50,833 nt of DNA from IMG/VR virus record IMGVR_UViG_3300024264_000051, positions 1 to 50,833 of that record; one strand, given 5' to 3'. Both the position numbers and the translations under genes were made by a program. This document shows, one piece after another, positions 46,431-50,833 of the stretch (the first letter of the stretch is position 1; the number at the start of each line of letters is the position of its first letter). The notes beneath the pieces were generated by a model. The model ran no database searches, was not told the origin of the DNA, and saw only the letters and a program-made list of their open reading frames with translations. The stretch is from a virus. Taxonomy: Duplodnaviria > Caudoviricetes.

Positions 46431-47947
46431 TCGATCTAAAGCTTGGCGATTGCCTAGAGGTTCTCGCCACGATGGAAGATAACAGTGTTGACAGCATCGT
46501 TACTGATCCGCCTTACGGAATTGCCTTCATGCAATCCAAGTGGGACTACGGCGTGCCGAGCGTTGACATCTGGAAGCAATGCCTACGGGTGTTGAAGCCT
46601 GGTGGTCACCTGCTTGCCTTTGCTGGCACTCGCACGCAACACCGCATGGCAGTGAACATCGAAGACGCAGGCTTCGAGATCAGGGACATGATCGCTTGGC
46701 TATATGGAAGCGGATTTCCGAAATCTCACAACATCAACAAGGCGCTCGGCGATTCCGTATGCCTATGTAGGGGTAGTGCGCTACCATACACCCATGAAAA
46801 AGAAGTATCCCGAGAACCGCAGACCGAACGTGCAGTGTGTGCTGTGCGAAACGCCGATGTATCGCAAGCCATGGATTCTGGCGAAAGGCGAGGGCAAATA
46901 CTGCAGCAGAGCTTGCAGGAACAAAGCTCATCCGCCTTCAACAAAGCCGCCAGTGATGAAGGGCTCAGCCAATCCAGCTTGGAAAGGCGGAGTGACTCAG
47001 TTCAAGAAAAAGGGCAACTACACGGGCGTGATTTACGTCAGGGCACCCGAGTGGGCGAAGCCGATGGCGCGAAAGGACGGCTATGTGATGCAACACCGTC
47101 TAGTGATGGCGGAGATGTGCGGCTACCTGTTGACCAGAACGGAAGTGGTCAATCACAAGGACCACAATCCCAGCAACAACGATCCATCGAACTTGGAGCT
47201 TTACCCAACGAACGGGGATCACAAGCGGGGAGAGGTCGGCAGATTTGTGGAAAGTGTGGCAAACCGATGGTGCCCGAAGGTTTAGGCACTGCGCTCAAGC
47301 CTGCCCTAGAGCCGATTACCGTTGCTCGTAAGCCATTCAAGGGCACCGTTGCCAATAACGTGCTAGAGCACGGCACAGGCGCCATCAATATCGACGGTTG
47401 CAGGGTGGGGACAGATGAAAGCCTTGGCAGACCGTATGGAGGTGGAAATGCTATTTACGGCAAATACAACATGGAAAAAGGCACGAGAACTGGCGACGGA
47501 CTGACTGGTCGATGGCCGGCTAATTTGATCCACGACGGCAGCGATGAAGTCACTGAGCTGTTTCCGCAAGCAGTTAGCGGAGGTGCAATTACCGGCGAAG
47601 AACCAAGCAGTAAAACAAAAGGAATATTGGGTGAATTTTCAGGTCGAGCACCTTTCGTTACTTACAACGACTCTGGCAGCGCTGCTCGCTTTTTCTATTG
47701 CCCGAAATGCTCCAAGAAAGATCGAGACGATGGCAACACCCATCCCACTGTCAAACCCACTGACCTGATGGCTTATCTCTGCCGCTTGGTCACACCACCA
47801 GAAGGCGTTGTGCTTGATCCGTTTATGGGTTCAGGCAGCACAGGCAAAGCCGCCGCCCGTGAGGGGTTTAGCTTTATCGGTATTGAGCGTGAGGATGAGT
47901 ATCACGCAATCGCAATGGATCGCATTATGAAGGAGATGACAGCATGA
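46427..47947 (+). CDS. DNA N6-A/N4-C methyltransferase (beta class) with large in-frame insertion
   Basis: 'GDCLE', catalytic DPPY, 'GFPKS', 'GTALKPA', 'GRWPAN', 'HPTVKP', 'LDPFMGSGSTG'. Confidence 0.93.
   Translation: MIDLKLGDCLEVLATMEDNSVDSIVTDPPYGIAFMQSKWDYGVPSVDIWKQCLRVLKPGGHLLAFAGTRTQHRMAVNIEDAGFEIRDMIAWLYGSGFPKSHNINKALGDSVCLCRGSALPYTHEKEVSREPQTERAVCAVRNADVSQAMDSGERRGQILQQSLQEQSSSAFNKAASDEGLSQSSLERRSDSVQEKGQLHGRDLRQGTRVGEADGAKGRLCDATPSSDGGDVRLPVDQNGSGQSQGPQSQQQRSIELGALPNERGSQAGRGRQICGKCGKPMVPEGLGTALKPALEPITVARKPFKGTVANNVLEHGTGAINIDGCRVGTDESLGRPYGGGNAIYGKYNMEKGTRTGDGLTGRWPANLIHDGSDEVTELFPQAVSGGAITGEEPSSKTKGILGEFSGRAPFVTYNDSGSAARFFYCPKCSKKDRDDGNTHPTVKPTDLMAYLCRLVTPPEGVVLDPFMGSGSTGKAAAREGFSFIGIEREDEYHAIAMDRIMKEMTA
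46794..47285 (+). CDS. HNH endonuclease nested in the +1 frame of the methyltransferase
   Basis: CxxC...YCSRAC zinc motif, 'G..NPAWKGG', 'GYV.QHRLVM', 'EVVNHKDHNPSNNDPSNLEL'. Frame is open from 46704. Confidence 0.85.
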   Translation: MKKKYPENRRPNVQCVLCETPMYRKPWILAKGEGKYCSRACRNKAHPPSTKPPVMKGSANPAWKGGVTQFKKKGNYTGVIYVRAPEWAKPMARKDGYVMQHRLVMAEMCGYLLTRTEVVNHKDHNPSNNDPSNLELYPTNGDHKRGEVGRFVESVANRWCPKV

Positions 47948-48036
47948 CAGCTGATCATTACAAGCAGGCGGCTGACACATTTGCCGAGATACAACAGCTG
48001 GAGGCTGATGCGATGGGCGTGCCCAGACCGCGATGA
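47944..48036 (+). CDS. 30-aa hypothetical peptide
   Basis: AAGGAG RBS, with ATGA overlaps at both ends. Confidence 0.45.
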   Translation: MTADHYKQAADTFAEIQQLEADAMGVPRPR

Positions 48037-48260
48037 GCGTACAGACCGAGCAGCAGCGTCTCGAAATGCCTGCTCATCCTCTGCCTGCCTTAGAGCGCAA
48101 CCAAGACGTGAAGATTTACATGAGCGCAGGCTGGGCTAAAGGCAAGGTCATTCGTTCGGATTTGGACAGCTGCACCGTTTGGCTGCCTCAACTCCAAAAA
48201 ACCGTCCGTGTCAGCGATGCTCGCAACATCCTCCTTCTTTCGTCGATGCAGGATTGCTAG
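48033..48260 (+). CDS. Hypothetical SH3-like protein
   Basis: 'V.IY...GW.KG.V......CTV.L......V.DARN'. Confidence 0.6.
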   Translation: MSVQTEQQRLEMPAHPLPALERNQDVKIYMSAGWAKGKVIRSDLDSCTVWLPQLQKTVRVSDARNILLLSSMQDC

Positions 48261-48333
48261 CCAAAATGCGTTTAAGGGTGTATGATCAATTCGTCGGCGG
48301 GTTTCGTCGGCGTTTCTTTTTCTCTATCTAACC

Positions 48334-48612
48334 GTGAATTACTGGCACCCTTACAAGCTAAGACGCCCTATGCGCGAAATAGCTGCTTCCTACCCCAAGA
48401 CCTACCAGAAGGTAGGCGCTGCTATCGCGGATCTAGGCTACGACATTTCAAATACAAGCAATTACAGCTTTAGCTCTGATGAGTTGCAAAACATGTTTCT
48501 TGCAATGCTTGCTGCAATGCCACCACACGTTAAGCCTTACCGCTCTATGGGAGACGAGACTACTTGGGGCAACTGCGATTGGACCTGCCTCTTCCAAGAT
48601 CTTTTTAAATGA
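48334..48612 (+). CDS. Hypothetical protein
   Basis: GTG start after a putative promoter and leader motif. Confidence 0.6.
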   Translation: MNYWHPYKLRRPMREIAASYPKTYQKVGAAIADLGYDISNTSNYSFSSDELQNMFLAMLAAMPPHVKPYRSMGDETTWGNCDWTCLFQDLFK

Positions 48613-48812
48613 ATTATTCAAACCCCGAATTTGTAGCAGCATGTACCTCGTTGAGAAAAGGGTTTGTGAGGAAAGCGAATTTGGCGAGGGAAGTCTTTGC
48701 CTCGTTGGTTGATGACTACCCCTTTTTTCTCGACGATGAAATAGATGAGGATGAGCTAGAGCGACTGGACGTTGAAGCTTCTATTCCATCAGCAGCAGAA
48801 CGCAACTCTTAG
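48609..48812 (+). CDS. Hypothetical acidic protein
   Basis: Ends 'SIPSAAERNS', coupled. Confidence 0.6.
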   Translation: MNYSNPEFVAACTSLRKGFVRKANLAREVFASLVDDYPFFLDDEIDEDELERLDVEASIPSAAERNS

Positions 48813-49346
48813 GTGACTTGCAAGCATCCGGTTTTTTAGGGGGCATGGGACTTGCAAGGGGCCGGTTTTCTTTATGTTTTCACACACACAAAAATACACA
48901 CGGTTATAGGCAGGTCTATGGCGTTGCAGGTAGTATAAAAAATATTTCCTGAGCTATTCGCACAAGTTCAAGAAAAAAACGCTCTTGCGAGCACTTCTCA
49001 ATAAGCAAATAAAGTCACTAAATATCATAATCCTAACTCGATGCGAGTTAGCATCAGATAACGATTACTAAATCGCATTTAATGTTTTGCTATTAACAAA
49101 ACTGTTGAAAACTATCTATAGGCGACTCTGCGAGTTTTCTATAGATAGGATTGTTTGAGTCAATAGCGCCTACGGTTTAGGGCAGGAAGCGCTATTGCCT
49201 CTCATTCTCATCAAGCGTACAGCTGGATTCTCAACTGCGCAACTTATTGCGAATGTTTAGTTTTGCTAACAGTACGTTGCATTGCGCTGAAAACTGTTAT
49301 TGTTCTTGTGTCGGCAAATTCGTCGGCGTTTATTTTTCTATCTATT

Positions 49347-49502
49347 ATGAAAACCACTAGGCAGTTCATCGCTTTGATGCCCGATAGGCGTTATGAATGG
49401 TATTGCACTGCTGACTCTTTAGTCGATGCTTACGATCAACTTAAGCGCAATGCAGTTAAATCAACTGGCGTCCCCTCCTATTGTTGGCATCTTTCAAGAT
49501 GA
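49347..49502 (+). CDS. Hypothetical protein
   Basis: MKTTRQFIALMPDRRYEW..., after a repeated leader motif. Confidence 0.55.
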   Translation: MKTTRQFIALMPDRRYEWYCTADSLVDAYDQLKRNAVKSTGVPSYCWHLSR

Positions 49503-49672
49503 CGCTAATCATCTGCACGCAATCTGGCATAGTATTGGAGTCTCAAAACTGTAAACTTGTCGATGATTGTTCGCTTTCGGAAAAGCAACTAGAACCATTA
49601 TGGTTTGGATCCGATTCTGAAATTATTCAACTTGCTTCATTCCACGGTAAACCTATCAATTCAATCAAATGA
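49499..49672 (+). CDS. Hypothetical protein
   Basis: ATGA-coupled at both ends. Confidence 0.55.
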   Translation: MTLIICTQSGIVLESQNCKLVDDCSLSEKQLEPLWFGSDSEIIQLASFHGKPINSIK

Positions 49673-50370
49673 CTTTTTCTCCTGCTACTGAAATGCCTAA
49701 AATCTTAGAAGAACTTGACCGCTCAATTTTCACGAAAGACCCAGTGATTGCATTAGTTCCAGCTCAAATTTTGTGGGCGGCAGCACAATTTGCAAGCACT
49801 GATGAATGCAAAGAATTGCTTACAACAATTTGCATTAATGCTAAAGTTCTTGATTCTGGTTCTTATTTAGAAATTGCAAGCACTGATGGCCACAGACTAT
49901 TCAGAGCAGTCATTCCGTATTCAGAACATTTTTTCGCTTATTCTGACTTGATAGATAAAGAAAAAGGGTTTAAGGTTTTCGCAAAACCGCTAAAAAAAGC
50001 TGTGAGTTATGCTCGGTATGCAATAATTAGAAAATCGGGACAAGTCGAATTTATGGGCGGGAGAAAATCAACTACTGATTTACTTTGTTCTATTAATGCT
50101 AGCGCGAGAGAATGGCAGGATGGGACTTATCCAAACTATAATCAATTAATGCCAGAAAGGTTTGGCATTAACACTGAAAAACCAATAGCTTTTAACGCTG
50201 GCTACTTGTCAGATTTCTGTAAGGTGGTTAGCAAATTGTCACCTAACGGCACTGTAAAAATGCAGCGTAACTCGGACAATACTCCAGCTGTTTTTGATTG
50301 CGATTATTGTTTGATTGATGAAACTAGCATCAAACTTGAATGCTTGATCATGCCGGTATTGATAAGGTAA
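49669..50370 (+). CDS. DNA polymerase III beta-clamp-like protein (two-domain size)
   Basis: 'FAS.D', 'ASTDGHRL', 'GTYPNY..L.P', 'FNAGYL.D' and 'LIMPV' match DnaN middle and C-terminal motifs. Confidence 0.75.
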   Translation: MTFSPATEMPKILEELDRSIFTKDPVIALVPAQILWAAAQFASTDECKELLTTICINAKVLDSGSYLEIASTDGHRLFRAVIPYSEHFFAYSDLIDKEKGFKVFAKPLKKAVSYARYAIIRKSGQVEFMGGRKSTTDLLCSINASAREWQDGTYPNYNQLMPERFGINTEKPIAFNAGYLSDFCKVVSKLSPNGTVKMQRNSDNTPAVFDCDYCLIDETSIKLECLIMPVLIR

Positions 50371-50530
50371 GGACTTGCAAGGGGCCGGTTTTTTATAGGA
50401 CTTGCAAGGGGTCGGTTTTCTTTATGTATTCTCACACCGTCTAACACAAATGTGTCAGGCGGTTTTTAAGCGCTAAAAAAAAAATAAAAAAAATAAATTA
50501 AGCCGGTGATTTTTGGGGGGTGTATTTTTC

Positions 50531-50706
50531 CTATAGTACTAATGAACTATAGTACTAATGAACTATAGTACTAATGAACTATAGTACTAATGAACTATAG
50601 TACTAATGAACTATAGTGCTAATGAACTATAGTACTAGTGAACTATAGTACTAGTGAACCCTAGTACTAATGAACCCTAGTACTAATGAACCCTAGTACT
50701 AATGAA
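50531..50706. repeat. 16-bp tandem repeat x11 (CTATAGTACTAATGAA)
   Basis: Counted directly. Variants are gTGc, ctaGtg and cCCtag. Confidence 0.95.
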
Positions 50707-50833
50707 TCACCGCCCCGGTGGGTTAGTGATGTTCACCGCCCCGGTGGGTTAGTGATGTTCACCGCCCCGGTGGGTTAGTGATGTTCACCGCCCCGGTGGG
50801 TTAGTGATGTTCACCGCCCCGGTGGGTTAGTGA
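50707..50833. repeat. 26-bp tandem repeat x~4.9 (TCACCGCCCCGGTGGGTTAGTGATGT), runs off the window end
   Basis: Identical copies start at 50707, 50733, 50759, 50785 and 50811 (partial). Confidence 0.95.

Larger units (their letters stand above)
48815..50427. repeat. Dispersed GACTTGCAAG(GGG)CCGGTTTT repeat, 4 copies in two pairs
   Basis: Copies at about 48815, 48848, 50371 and 50398. Each pair directly follows a stop codon. Confidence 0.85.

Noticed and set aside
46750-47280. Intein or group I intron in the methyltransferase
   Set aside because: No intein C-terminal HN-C/S/T junction, no stops in the host frame, and no recognisable group I core.
50531-50833. CRISPR or mini-CRISPR array
   Set aside because: Repeats are head-to-tail with no unique spacers, and there are no cas genes.
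1-50833. Integrase/repressor, DNA polymerase, tRNA, psbA/hli genes
   Set aside because: No matching motifs recognised by eye. Absence needs HMM and tRNAscan confirmation.

Overview
Apparently near-complete ~50.8 kb genome of a long-tailed (siphovirus-type) dsDNA phage, most likely a picocyanobacterial phage. The host is inferred from gene families and a possible NblA-like gene. The + strand (156-28214) carries lambda-like packaging and head genes (terS, terL/GpA, gpW-like, portal, protease-capsid fusion), tail genes with a G/GT-type -1 frameshift, tail fibres, a lysis cassette, dCTP deaminase and an HNH. The - strand (28174-39845) carries thyX, SSB-like, RecE-like and DnaQ-like genes, an array of small genes, VRR-NUC and two helicases. 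The + strand again (39876-50370) carries an RHH regulator, a primase-helicase followed by an iteron-type origin, a stand-alone NAD+-ligase adenylation domain, dNMP kinase, a DNA methyltransferase and a beta-clamp-like protein. The window ends in two adjacent tandem-repeat arrays. I recognised no integrase, DNA polymerase, RT, tRNA or CRISPR. Most notable: (1) an intact HNH endonuclease nested in the +1 frame inside an uninterrupted methyltransferase ORF; (2) an unannotated A_AAA_AAG -1 frameshift extending a small holin-like protein; (3) a ligase adenylation domain with no OB-fold partner; (4) a receptor-binding cassette swap scar, plus a 74-aa module shared by two tail proteins; (5) conserved boundary sequences linking small accessory genes; (6) a non-coding cluster of related hairpins and terminal repeats. 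All protein calls are from motif recognition and synteny, with no database search.
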